IMG/VR virus record: IMGVR_UViG_3300050821_002957
Span: 207,192 to 271,191 of that record
From: a virus
Length of the DNA stretch: 64,000 nucleotides
Direction: 5' to 3' (one strand)
Below are positions 19,087 through 28,569 of this stretch, in pieces. Every line of letters starts with the position of its first letter. Position 1 is the first letter of the stretch. A program made the position numbers and the translations under genes. The notes under the pieces were generated by a model, which worked only from the letters and a program-made list of their open reading frames with translations, searched no databases and had not been told where the DNA came from.

Positions 19087-19937
19087 AACGTCGAGATGTC
19101 ATGTTCGGCAACCGCTTGATGCAATTCGTCTACGTTGATAACCGGAGGCGTCTGAATTGCCAGATCAGAAACTAGGGTCGCTCTTTTGCTGTCGGCGACG
19201 AGTTTTTTCATTTCTGCCTTGGCCTTTTCAATGGCTGCTTCTGGAATCTCTTCGGCAACGTCACCAAATTCGTCATTGGTCCATTTACTGTCGTTCGATA
19301 TCGGAGTCCCATTGACATCGACCAGTACCCATTCGGCGTGACCTTCTTCTGTTTCGATGCCGACATCGGTGCCCATGACAAACCATTCGATGCTGCTGGT
19401 GATCTCTTCCATCATCTTGACAACTTGCTTGATGGTGTTGATCATGTCTACATTGTCATCATCTGCGGTGGACCATGCACTGATCGAAACTGGTTCACGA
19501 TTGGGAATGTTGACAGTGACCTTGCCGTCCTCTTCGATGACGACCTTTACCTTTTCGATAGGGGTGTCTTCCATTTCGACACAAAAGTCGCAGGTACATT
19601 TTTCTTCTTCGTCAACCTGCTGTTGCTCGGCTTGGACAAAACTGCCGGGATCGATTCCTACGTCAAAATTTTCGTTTTGCTGCTCGCTCATAACTTTTTG
19701 CTCCTTCGCATGTGCTGCCTCACAACGACAGCAACAGAATGAGTTTTCCATCCGAACCTCTGCACACCGCTTACAATAACGAACGTCTGTACAACAGGTA
19801 TTCCCATCATTGTTTGGCGTCTTCAAAATTTGACAGACTGGACAGCTATCGTCACCACTACACAAGATGTAAGGCAAACCGTTCCTTTCCACGTCTTCTT
19901 TCCACTCGTCAAGTTCTAGTTCGCTTTCAAACCACAA
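19083..19937 (-). CDS. acidic protein with N-terminal multi-Cys Zn-finger cluster
   Basis: 284-aa ORF. Confidence 0.45.
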   Translation of the reverse strand: MWFESELELDEWKEDVERNGLPYILCSGDDSCPVCQILKTPNNDGNTCCTDVRYCKRCAEVRMENSFCCCRCEAAHAKEQKVMSEQQNENFDVGIDPGSFVQAEQQQVDEEEKCTCDFCVEMEDTPIEKVKVVIEEDGKVTVNIPNREPVSISAWSTADDDNVDMINTIKQVVKMMEEITSSIEWFVMGTDVGIETEEGHAEWVLVDVNGTPISNDSKWTNDEFGDVAEEIPEAAIEKAKAEMKKLVADSKRATLVSDLAIQTPPVINVDELHQAVAEHDISTL

Positions 19938-20259
19938 TCCGTCATAATTTGCGATATGAAAAATGACGCTCAGATTGCCTCCGCACCCTTTGGGACTTCC
20001 TTGACGACGGTAAATTTCAATGCGTTTCGTGGGACCTCGGCGATCACGTCACAAATGCGCTCATAGGCAAACTCCTGACTATCCGCCTTCACGTACAGTG
20101 TTGCCTTCTGTCCCTCGACTTTGTAGATTGCCATTTTTCAATTGTACCAGAATGTGTGTCGGAACTTCTACTGTCACTTCGACCAACGGAGGCTCGCCAA
20201 AAATACTTCGGAGTAACTCTTCTTTCCATCGCCATTGTAGCTCATCGAATAACTGCCTC

Positions 20260-20526
20260 TTAGTAGGTCGGGCGTCCATCAATTAACCAAATGACGTAAG
20301 GAATCACGAAAGTCCACATGAAGACTGCCATTGCACCAAAAACAAAACCGCCAGATTGAAAGGCGTATTCGATCATAATGCACGCCATAATGACAGCCAT
20401 TGCAATGTGACCTTCATAGCGTTTCTTTGTGTCGAAGAAATTTTTCCAAATTGAAATAATGTTCATTATAATGCTCCAATGTCCTCGCCGGGTTCTTCCA
20501 TGTGCTCTCGCATGAAACCGTTCCAA
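20260..20526 (-). CDS. small membrane protein
   Basis: 88 aa, 2 TM. Confidence 0.35.
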   Translation of the reverse strand: MERFHARAHGRTRRGHWSIIMNIISIWKNFFDTKKRYEGHIAMAVIMACIMIEYAFQSGGFVFGAMAVFMWTFVIPYVIWLIDGRPTY

Positions 20527-20678
20527 TATTGGATGTCGGCCCCACGAGTCGCACAGGATTCACAACCTGCCAGATGTGCCTTTACTGCTTCTTGTTCTCC
20601 GAGAGTCAGACGGCAGTTATGAAAGTCTAGCAACGTCTCGTCGCTCATGTGTTCATATGCTTGTTGTGCTGTGTTCAT
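20466..20678 (-). CDS. ZAS-like (anti-sigma-factor-type) zinc-finger protein
   Basis: 70 aa; H-x3-C-x2-C (AHLAGCESC) preceded by His, as in ChrR/RsrA N-domains. Confidence 0.35.
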   Translation of the reverse strand: MNTAQQAYEHMSDETLLDFHNCRLTLGEQEAVKAHLAGCESCATRGADIQYWNGFMREHMEEPGEDIGAL

Positions 20679-21301
20679 GATTTTTGTCTCAACTGAATTA
20701 TACGATAGTACGGTGCATCTTTAAAAAGACCGTGGATTGAATCAGGTTTTGACGGAGTGTACGGTGAAGATGCTCCATGTCGATTCTTGATTATGTATCG
20801 TTTACCGTCACAGATTGCAACGATAACTTCCGCTTTGCACAGATCGTTAAAATTTCTGATGTTTATGGGGACGTTGTAGTTTGTTGCTTCACAATTAGGC
20901 CAATGACGACCTAGGTTGAGATCGGAATGACAACTAGGACAAATGTCATCTTGAAGTCGCCGATCTAAAATTTTTTGATAAAAACGTTGAAAATGTGAAA
21001 TTAACCAAGCGGAATGAGGTTTGGGTCGCAAATATTCGATCCAATACGAGTACCATTCATCCCATGTTTCTTCTAAAAAGAATGCCCTATTGTCGAATTG
21101 TTCTCTAGCAATTCTTAGGACTTTTATCGCACCAACTACATCCCAGTCTTTTTCATCTGCGGTCGTCTTCTCCGTAGATGTCGTCAAGGGAATCAAAATC
21201 GCCATTTGGTTGTCCCCATCGACGCCAGGGATGACTGACCGGCAATTCGTCTTCAGTTTTTCTTGCTGCGTCTGTTGGATCTTGATATTGCTGTTCGTCA
21301 C
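20675..21301 (-). CDS. hypothetical protein
   Basis: 208-aa ORF. Confidence 0.45.
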   Translation of the reverse strand: MTNSNIKIQQTQQEKLKTNCRSVIPGVDGDNQMAILIPLTTSTEKTTADEKDWDVVGAIKVLRIAREQFDNRAFFLEETWDEWYSYWIEYLRPKPHSAWLISHFQRFYQKILDRRLQDDICPSCHSDLNLGRHWPNCEATNYNVPINIRNFNDLCKAEVIVAICDGKRYIIKNRHGASSPYTPSKPDSIHGLFKDAPYYRIIQLRQKS

Positions 21302-21639
21302 TACTGTTCTCCCTGATCATGTTTTTCTTCCTTTTTTAAAACGAAAATCTTACAGGAACAATTCTTGCAGGTAGGCTTGTGATCCTGTCGGGTATGTCCA
21401 CATGTACAGGGATCGTACTTGGTGCAAGAAACATACTGCATTACTTTTTCTTTGGTGTTTTTGCCGGGGTGCCGTATTCTTTCGTCCAGACTACAAGACC
21501 GTCTTGAAAGGTTTTGTATGGGCCAAGCGTATTGTGGTTTGCCGCTACGAAAAACCAGCCGGTTGGATATTGCGTAGCAGTCCAGATTCCATTTTGGAAG
21601 GAGCCGGATTTGAGGGTCTCCCAGCCTGCCGGATTCGAT

Positions 21640-21900
21640 TTATTGTTGTTGCTGGGCATCTTCTTCATCTTGGGTTTTGCTGAAGAGACTCTCTAATTCG
21701 GCTACCTCTTCGACTTGCTTCATTAGTTCGTCAAGTTCTGGAACATCCAATCCCAAAGCATAGACTAAGTTCTGATTCATTTGGTAAATCTGAACCAGAG
21801 CTTGCATCTGATACGGGTTCAAACCCATATGCTGCAATGAAAGAATGAAACAGCGCTGGGCTTTCAAGGAATCTGCAATATATGATTTCGGATTTTGCAT
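21640..21900 (-). CDS. hypothetical protein
   Basis: ATG 21898-21900 with AGGAAG SD. Confidence 0.4.
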   Translation of the reverse strand: MQNPKSYIADSLKAQRCFILSLQHMGLNPYQMQALVQIYQMNQNLVYALGLDVPELDELMKQVEEVAELESLFSKTQDEEDAQQQQ

Positions 21901-23188
21901 TACTTCCTGCACAACATGATCTCCTTATATTTACACGAATTGTCAATCTGTCAAGCGAGGGATCGACCTGACTTTGTACAACAGGGTTTGTTGGGTCTTT
22001 CGGCGTCGATGAGCGAAGCGAAAATGACCGACCCTCCCCTTTCCTTTACCGAAGCTCGCAGCCCGTCCGAGACGGCCTGCGCTTTCGTCCAGGTTTCTTC
22101 GACCAAGGTCAGTAGCCTCGGTTCGTTTTGCGGAGTTAATTCTACTATGATGATGCGATACGACATTTGAAATAGTGAATAATGTGCTCGGGGACCAAAA
22201 CGTTTATTACTACCGGAACAGGATCATAACCATCAGAAGGGACTCTACCATAGACCGTTCGGAACATGTCCATGATGTCTTTCAAATATCGTCTGGCAAG
22301 CTCTTCTCGCTCGTCATCGTCCATTTCGTCGAATTCAAAACTCAAAACATCAAACTCCGCTCGGCCTCTTCTTTCGCCTGTGCTTTCGTCTTCCAAAAAG
22401 TTCTGGGAAGGTTCTCGACTACACAACACCACGTACCATCATACGAATAGACTTTGGCAACTTCTTTTCCGAGACCATCGTAAAGTCTTTCCGTGTTCGA
22501 CCACCAATGAGCTTTTTCCCAACGTGCCGCAGCGAGAGTCGTCATTGTTTCATCCAAACCATTCGACGAAGATGTAGTTTGCTTCGTCGAGACCATATTT
22601 ATCTTGTAAGCCATACGATTCACTCTCTTCTCCGATACAGAACGTCTCCAGTTCTTCGTCAGACAGTTGGGCAAGCTGGGCTTCGGCAATCGCAAGTTCG
22701 TCCGGGCGCTCGGCAGTCTCGAATGAATGCTTCTGAGGCTCGTGGCGATTGATTGCGCCGCTGTCAAGTTGAATCATCAACCAGCCTTTGTACAACAGCG
22801 GATAGGTTTCTTTACTAATTGTCGTCGTCTTCATTTTGTCTTTCCGCTTTGGCGCAGCCTTTCAATTCGCCTTGATCCACCCAATGCTGCAATTCTTGGA
22901 TCAGCCACTTGACCTGTTCGAGATCAAGATGCATTCGAGTCGTAAGCAGAACGTCGTCAGAAATTGGAAAGGGAATCCAGCCGGTCGTCTCTGTAGTCTT
23001 GACGCCCAATCTCGCTGCATCGTGCGCCATGATCTGAGGATTTGCATCACGAGGACCAAGCCAGACTGCCGAAGTACCCGGCTGGTCGAAATCGGCAAGA
23101 CTCGACTGCTGTAATTCGCAGAGAACGCCGTAACGATCACTGAATTCAATTACATGAAATCCCCGACAAGTCTTCGTTCGTTTTATTT

Positions 23189-23401
23189 TCATTTTTTTCC
23201 TCGACGTAATTCCAGGCCAACTAGAAACAGAGACAGAAGGAGAAAGAAGATAGCAGAGAGGATGATACCCGACACTTCGTCAATTTCCATAGTTGTACCA
23301 ACACTGTGTACCAACACTGTATACCATACTGTCGAGAAGGAAGAGATCCAACCGTCTGACCTATGTTCCCAAAGGGCATCTTTTTTACTACCCTTTGGCA
23401 T
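23189..23401 (-). CDS. small membrane protein
   Basis: 70 aa, TM at C-term. Confidence 0.4.
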   Translation of the reverse strand: MPKGSKKDALWEHRSDGWISSFSTVWYTVLVHSVGTTMEIDEVSGIILSAIFFLLLSLFLVGLELRRGKK

Positions 23402-23422
23402 ATAATCTTTGAAAGTGTCAAT

Positions 23423-23459
23423 AGCATATCACTAGGATTATTCCCTGTCAATAGGTATC
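23423..23459 (-). promoter_or_regulatory. minus-strand promoter GATACCT-A-TTGACA / 17 nt / extended -10 TGaTATGCT
   Basis: RC read directly; second TTGACA copy at 23416-23421. Confidence 0.45.
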
Positions 23460-23465
23460 AAAAAA

Positions 23466-23723
23466 TTAATTTATTTCTTCAGCCGTCTGAGAGAAATCGA
23501 CCTGAATATCTAACCGGAGATCGGGAAGTCGGTCGTAAAGCTCCAGTTCCTTTTGAATGATCGGCTCAAAGTCTTCATAATTCAGCGTTCTAATCGAAGC
23601 GACTACGAGAACCTTCGCCGGAATGACTTTTTCTGGGATGAATTCGATTGTTGCCCCAAGAACGTTCGGAAGTGCAGCAAATTCCGCTCGAAGTGCTTCA
23701 AGTTCTTCTGAATTTGGAGTCAT
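23466..23723 (-). CDS. hypothetical protein
   Basis: 85-aa ORF. Confidence 0.4.
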   Translation of the reverse strand: MTPNSEELEALRAEFAALPNVLGATIEFIPEKVIPAKVLVVASIRTLNYEDFEPIIQKELELYDRLPDLRLDIQVDFSQTAEEIN

Positions 23724-24521
23724 TTATTCGTCCGGGGATTGAGAATCGACAAATAAATGAGGCCAGCAGCGCCCAAATCGATAATTCCACTGATTCCGTT
23801 GCCTCTGAAGAATTGTCCGAGACCCAGAAATACCAGAATTGCGAAGAAAATCCAACAAAAAACTTGTATTATTCTCATAAATCAGTCCAGTGAGACGATT
23901 CTTTCGTTCGCTCCGACACAACCTCGGTGAATCCGTCCGTCCCGGCCCATGTAGCGGACCATCGTCACCGCATGAGGCCGATGAGACCTGTTTGATTCCT
24001 TCTTTTTCATGAACCGCTTCAATGCCTTTTTCAAAATGTTCTTCATGGAACTCTCCGTATTCATGATAACACAAACTTATTCGTGGATTGTGATCTTTAA
24101 AATCCTGTGCGGCGGAATCCATGTCATCCCGTCGTCAATCCAGACACCGACCGTAGAAATAACGGCATTGACTTTCTCTCGTGTCGCTGCAATCTCAGCC
24201 GTTTTTACTTCATTCGAGTTGTTCATATACCACAGAATCATTTCTTTTCCTTATAATCGCCCCAAGGACGCTTCTTATTTCTGTTGATCAAGATTCCCAG
24301 ACCTATCGGAACCGCAAACATGAAAAGGACCCAGACGGTGGCAGGCAGGTAGATCATATAGTCGTCCCTACAAACCCCTCACCAGTCCACCGCTGCCATA
24401 GTTCAACATCGTTTCGTCTTTCCGCAAAGGACGTTTCTGTCCTGCATCCACAACGACGCATTTGCCACAGGTCGAGCAGTGGAGCTTGGTTCCATCGAGG
24501 AGGTCTTTAGCTTCCATTTCG

Positions 24522-24941
24522 TTAATTCTTCATCAGATGATCGTGAATCTTGGTAAAGACTTCCTGAACTTTTTTGACAAAGAACTCGTCCAGTGCAATG
24601 ATGTCGGCAGTTACGATCTGACCCTGCGTCGTAGACAGGAAATTGAAGAGGGCGGCTGCTGCGTCAAATCCTGCGGTTACCGGATCAAGAGCGACCGGAG
24701 CCAGAGATGCGACATTCAAATTTGGAATCACTTCTTTGATCGGCTCTCCTGCAATGACAGCAGCGGCTCCAGTGATGACTGCTTCATGCGGATCGACCAG
24801 GGTGTCAGTGAGAGCTTTCGCAACACCTTCTGGACTGATGTCGTGAACTCGGTCAGGAACACAGAGAGGCTCGGCGGCTTTTTCCAAAGTCTTCAGAACA
24901 TTGTCAGAAATCTTGGATGCTTGATTAGTTTGATATTTCAT
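24522..24941 (-). CDS. hypothetical protein
   Basis: 139-aa ORF. Confidence 0.45.
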   Translation of the reverse strand: MKYQTNQASKISDNVLKTLEKAAEPLCVPDRVHDISPEGVAKALTDTLVDPHEAVITGAAAVIAGEPIKEVIPNLNVASLAPVALDPVTAGFDAAAALFNFLSTTQGQIVTADIIALDEFFVKKVQEVFTKIHDHLMKN

Positions 24942-24964
24942 ATACTACACTCATATAGCATCGA

Positions 24965-25186
24965 TCAATAAGGCTTCTCAAATACGACGGAACATCTGGG
25001 GCAACGCATGTCTTTGTAATTCAGTTCGACATTGCAGGACGGACAGAAATAGGCTCCAGAAATACTCTGCATGTCCGGGATGAAGCGACAGACAGGACAA
25101 TAGCCGCCTTGCAATCGTTCTTTACAGCCGTCGTCGTGGAAAGTTACAAAATTAGCTTTCATTTTTTCATCTTCCTTTTTTGTCAT
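24965..25186 (-). CDS. Zn-ribbon protein (4 CxxC pairs)
   Basis: 73-aa ORF. Confidence 0.4.
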   Translation of the reverse strand: MTKKEDEKMKANFVTFHDDGCKERLQGGYCPVCRFIPDMQSISGAYFCPSCNVELNYKDMRCPRCSVVFEKPY

Positions 25187-25413
25187 GGCGACTGTCGTAG
25201 TGACTCAGACCCGGCTTTCGCTTGCTTCCCAGATGTTGGACGTGCTCGGGTTTGGATCGCTTCAGAATGTCCGGGAACATCTTCAGAATCGCTGCGGCCT
25301 TCTGTTGCTGTTCTTCTGTCAGAACAAACTTCTCACGGCGAGTTGTCTGGGCGGCTTGTTCGTACAAATCGTCCATGTATGCCTTGGCTTTGGCTTCTTC
25401 GGCAATGAATTCT

Positions 25414-25854
25414 TTAAACGTCAGCACTGATTTTTTTGTTCCGTAAAAACAGAGGGTTTCCTAAGGCTTTGGAATTGTGATAGGTGCGAAGATAATCTTG
25501 TATTTCGCTCAGATGCTTTTTTGGAGCCTCCCAATCAAGCCGCTTCATCGTATAGTAAGAGAAGGAGAACCTTTCGCCTATCAAAGATTCTCGAAAGACC
25601 ATTACCTTTTCCCAATTGTCAGGTCCATAATAGCCATCGAAGTAGTTTGTAAGATACTCGATCTCTTCTTCGGTCAAAGGCAATTCTTGTTCTTGTTCAT
25701 GCTTGAGAAGAATAGGCAAAGAAAAAGAAGAAGAGGAGTCCCCGTCAGAAGAAAGTTTCTTATTGATGTGTTGTTCGAGTTGGACGAGAATTTGTGGTGT
25801 GATCATTGGTAGTCTTGTTCTGTGATGGTATGGCGGATCGTCCCAGTGGCACAT
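25414..25854 (-). CDS. hypothetical protein
   Basis: 146-aa ORF. Confidence 0.4.
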   Translation of the reverse strand: MCHWDDPPYHHRTRLPMITPQILVQLEQHINKKLSSDGDSSSSFSLPILLKHEQEQELPLTEEEIEYLTNYFDGYYGPDNWEKVMVFRESLIGERFSFSYYTMKRLDWEAPKKHLSEIQDYLRTYHNSKALGNPLFLRNKKISADV

Positions 25855-26339
25855 TGACTTGATACTGCGATTGTGATGGTGTCCCCAGGCTTGAGCATGT
25901 GCAGCATCGACTTGTACGAATGCATGGGAACAGGTTCAAATTGCTGGCCGGTACGTTCCAGGATCTTTGCAATTTCGTAACAGGTAGGTGCGCCGCCGTG
26001 TGACAAAATATCTTGAATCTCTGTCACTGGGATGTCGTTGAGCTTCTCTTTCCAATGACAGTTAATCCTAGTTCCACAGGTCGCCAGCCGCTTCTGCTCT
26101 TTTGCGTCGAAGGGAGAGTCGGGTCCTAGTTGACAATCTTCGCATTGCCGGTTTGCTTTTTTGTTCATGGGGTGGGTAGCTCGGAAATTGCGATCCAGGA
26201 ATAAGTCAAGAATGCCGTCAGGCCGATCACTGCGAAACACTGAATGAAATATGTGATCGGATCGAAGACATATAGATGCTGAAAGAAGATGATATCGAAG
26301 TGATAGACAGCCTGCGAATGAAACCCAGGCACGACCCAA
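25803..26339 (-). CDS. hypothetical protein
   Basis: 178-aa ORF. Confidence 0.4.
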   Translation of the reverse strand: MGRAWVSFAGCLSLRYHLLSASICLRSDHIFHSVFRSDRPDGILDLFLDRNFRATHPMNKKANRQCEDCQLGPDSPFDAKEQKRLATCGTRINCHWKEKLNDIPVTEIQDILSHGGAPTCYEIAKILERTGQQFEPVPMHSYKSMLHMLKPGDTITIAVSSQCATGTIRHTITEQDYQ

Positions 26340-26575
26340 TCCCGCCAGTCATACTTGTCAACTTGTCCTAGTCCAGTCAGCCAGACAAGCACAAAGGCCG
26401 TCCAGTGCGAGAAACAGTAGGGACAAGAAAACAAACGAATTCCCTTGGTCCACTCCCGGAATTTCTCGAACATGACCGACCGAGTGACTGTGATTGTCAG
26501 GGCCATGTTCGCCAGCGATATCACCAGTAGAGCTTTGAGTCCCATTGTGTTATGCCGGAACGAAGACACCTTCAT
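26165..26575 (-). CDS. membrane protein
   Basis: 136 aa, 3-4 TM. Confidence 0.4.
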   Translation of the reverse strand: MKVSSFRHNTMGLKALLVISLANMALTITVTRSVMFEKFREWTKGIRLFSCPYCFSHWTAFVLVWLTGLGQVDKYDWRDWVVPGFHSQAVYHFDIIFFQHLYVFDPITYFIQCFAVIGLTAFLTYSWIAISELPTP

Positions 26576-27158
26576 TGGCGATGATGTTCTTCATGATTGC
26601 CCGGAGACGATCTGCCGCTGCGCCATACTTCTTTCCGAATGTGATGGCGGCTTGGCGAGATGATTCCCAGATTTCGATTTGCTTTTCGTTGACATGAGGA
26701 TCGAGGTTCCAGACATTGGACGGCTGGAAATATCCTCTTCCTCGCTCAAAGGCATTTTCGATCAGGTACATTTGATGCATACTGAAGACAGCTTTGAGGC
26801 GGCGTACCATATCGTCGGTTTCGATCATGTTGTTGTATTGTCCGTCCAGGCCGGAAAACTTGAACTTGTTTTCGAGAGTGACGACCGACATCAGACAGGC
26901 TCCCAGGCCACAGACTTCACAATATGGCTGGAGTTTCTTGGCGGTAGCCTTTGAGTCTTTCTTGTTTGCTTCGATGATCTTTTCGACTTCGGTGTCTTCG
27001 TACTTCCCGTCTTTGTACTTGGTTTTGGGAGAGTACATTTTGACGAAGGCTTTCCCGGTTCGGATGGCTTTATATCTTTTGATCGACTTCAGCACATCTT
27101 TGGCGACGGCGATTGCACGTTCTTGTTTTGGGGTCAAAGTTTCATTAGTAGTAGGCAT
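26550..27158 (-). CDS. hypothetical protein
   Basis: 202-aa ORF, first gene of long minus block. Confidence 0.5.
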   Translation of the reverse strand: MPTTNETLTPKQERAIAVAKDVLKSIKRYKAIRTGKAFVKMYSPKTKYKDGKYEDTEVEKIIEANKKDSKATAKKLQPYCEVCGLGACLMSVVTLENKFKFSGLDGQYNNMIETDDMVRRLKAVFSMHQMYLIENAFERGRGYFQPSNVWNLDPHVNEKQIEIWESSRQAAITFGKKYGAAADRLRAIMKNIIANEGVFVPA

Positions 27159-27220
27159 ATCGGGAAGGATACCTTAGTATTTTCTAGGTGTCAAGTTTTT
27201 GCGGCTGGCTCCGAACAAAA

Positions 27221-27455
27221 GGGACCCAATGAAGAAGGCAATGAAGAACTTTCCGATGGTTTTCATATTCTTGGAGTATAGCACTACCGGAGTCCCAAAG
27301 GCAGGGACCCTTTTCAGGATTTCTATAGGGTCAAATTTTTGGTCCGGGAAAATTTTGAGATTTTTGGGGGATGGGACCCTTTTCGGAAATTTTGCTGGGA
27401 CTTTTTTCTGGTACGTCCTCGGAAACGGTAGGGTGGGGTTGTATAACGCCTGCGG
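27221..27455. repeat. GGGACCC iterons (27221, 27304, 27373, degenerate 27448) interleaved with A/T tracts
   Basis: GGGACCCTTTTC exact 12-mer at 27304 and 27373. Confidence 0.45.
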
Positions 27456-27646
27456 ATGGGAACCCTAACCCGGAAAACACTGTGTATTCGACCCCGTACC
27501 CCATGTGTTCTCAAGCACTTGCGTCGATGCGGCTCGGCGAGTCTACATATATTCAGGGTGATGTTCGTCTCTACCCATCCTCATGAGCGTGGCTGCTAAC
27601 ACGACGAGCGACAAGGCCACGCTCTAAAAAATCCTCAAAAATTATT

Positions 27647-27686
27647 GATACATCTGTTGACATTGGATAGATGCATCTGCTAATCT
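27647..27686 (+). promoter_or_regulatory. promoter GATACATCT-G-TTGACA / 18 nt / extended -10 TGcTAATCT with 10-bp palindrome AGATGCATCT (27669-27678) in the spacer
   Basis: read directly. Confidence 0.5.
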
Positions 27687-27690
27687 AGTC

Positions 27691-28189
27691 ATGTAGTCAA
27701 GAGGTTCAAGACAAATAAACGAAAGGCGGCGAGATTGCAAAGCATGAGGAGGACATAGGCGCTCACTTGAGTATGCTGGTTTCAAATGATCGGCAACGAG
27801 AGCGACAAGAGCATTTGATGCAAGCCGTATGATGCTGGTGCGGCCCAAGCTGAAATCTAATCCGTGTTGCTCGGGTCATATGGCGAGACACGTCGGAAAG
27901 AATCCCAGCGTCATACACTCCAGCGACCAATGGTGTATGATTGGTTGATTGACGGATGATCGACGGCGAAGAGCGGACAAGTGCTGAGAGACGCCCTGAA
28001 TCAGTAGCCGTAGATGTCACGAGGATTGCACAGCTTTTCATCCGGCTTGTGCGACTGCGACGAAAGAACGAGAGACGATATGCGCTAACTTGAATAACAT
28101 ACCCTGCTCGGGTTTAAGAGCCTTAAAATTTACTCCTTTCCTGAGGCGCTTTGCAGAGAAACACTGCGGAGCGCCTTATGTGTTTTGGG
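27691..28189 (+). ncRNA. candidate ~490-nt non-coding transcript (promoter to terminator, begins AUG-UAG, no ORF >45 codons)
   Basis: inferred from promoter/terminator; GC-richer than flanks. Confidence 0.3.
28145..28189 (+). terminator. hairpin GGCGCT...AGCGCC followed by TTATGTGTTTT
   Basis: read directly. Confidence 0.4.
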
Positions 28190-28208
28190 CCTGCTATATA
28201 TTTGAAAC

Positions 28209-28433
28209 ATGCTGTACTGCGCCCGGTGTGACAGAAACTTTTTTGACGGCGAGGATATAACAATTCGCTCGGTGGCCGGAACTGAGCAAGCATATCATCA
28301 CGGCTGTCACGTTGACCTCTGCGACGAACTCAGAGAAGTTGCAAAGTCATTCGGCCCGACTTTTGACCAGGACGCCTACGTGCCTGTGATGTTTTTCTCC
28401 CGGACCTTTCGTGATTCGCAAATTGTTCACTAA
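28209..28433 (+). CDS. small Cys/His protein
   Basis: 74-aa ORF C..C....HHGCH..C. Confidence 0.35.
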   Translation: MLYCARCDRNFFDGEDITIRSVAGTEQAYHHGCHVDLCDELREVAKSFGPTFDQDAYVPVMFFSRTFRDSQIVH

Positions 28434-28569
28434 CGAACACACCACTACAGGTTGCGCTTTGTGATATAAAGTTGACAGGTTTCTTGTAAGTTGTTCATAA
28501 ATGCCTCAAAACAGTTGCCATATGATGTGTTATCAGCAATTGGTTAGAAGTTGTGATAAACTGGGTTTC

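Noticed and set aside
27160-27660. DnaA-box (TTATCCACA) based bacterial-type origin
   Set aside because: No DnaA boxes are present. The origin hypothesis rests only on iterons and A/T tracts.
27642-28041. Minus-strand ORFs 27642-27848 and 27763-28041 from the ORF track
   Set aside because: Composition is atypical (Arg/Ser/Cys-rich, GC-rich third positions unlike neighbouring genes). There is no SD or promoter. The region is better explained as non-coding or plus-strand ncRNA.
27700-28200. tmRNA or RNase P RNA
   Set aside because: No tRNA-like 3' end with GGTTCGA(C/T)TCC-CCA. No tag-peptide ORF ending ALAA. No RNase P conserved GGAAAGUCCGG / AGGGCAGG motifs.
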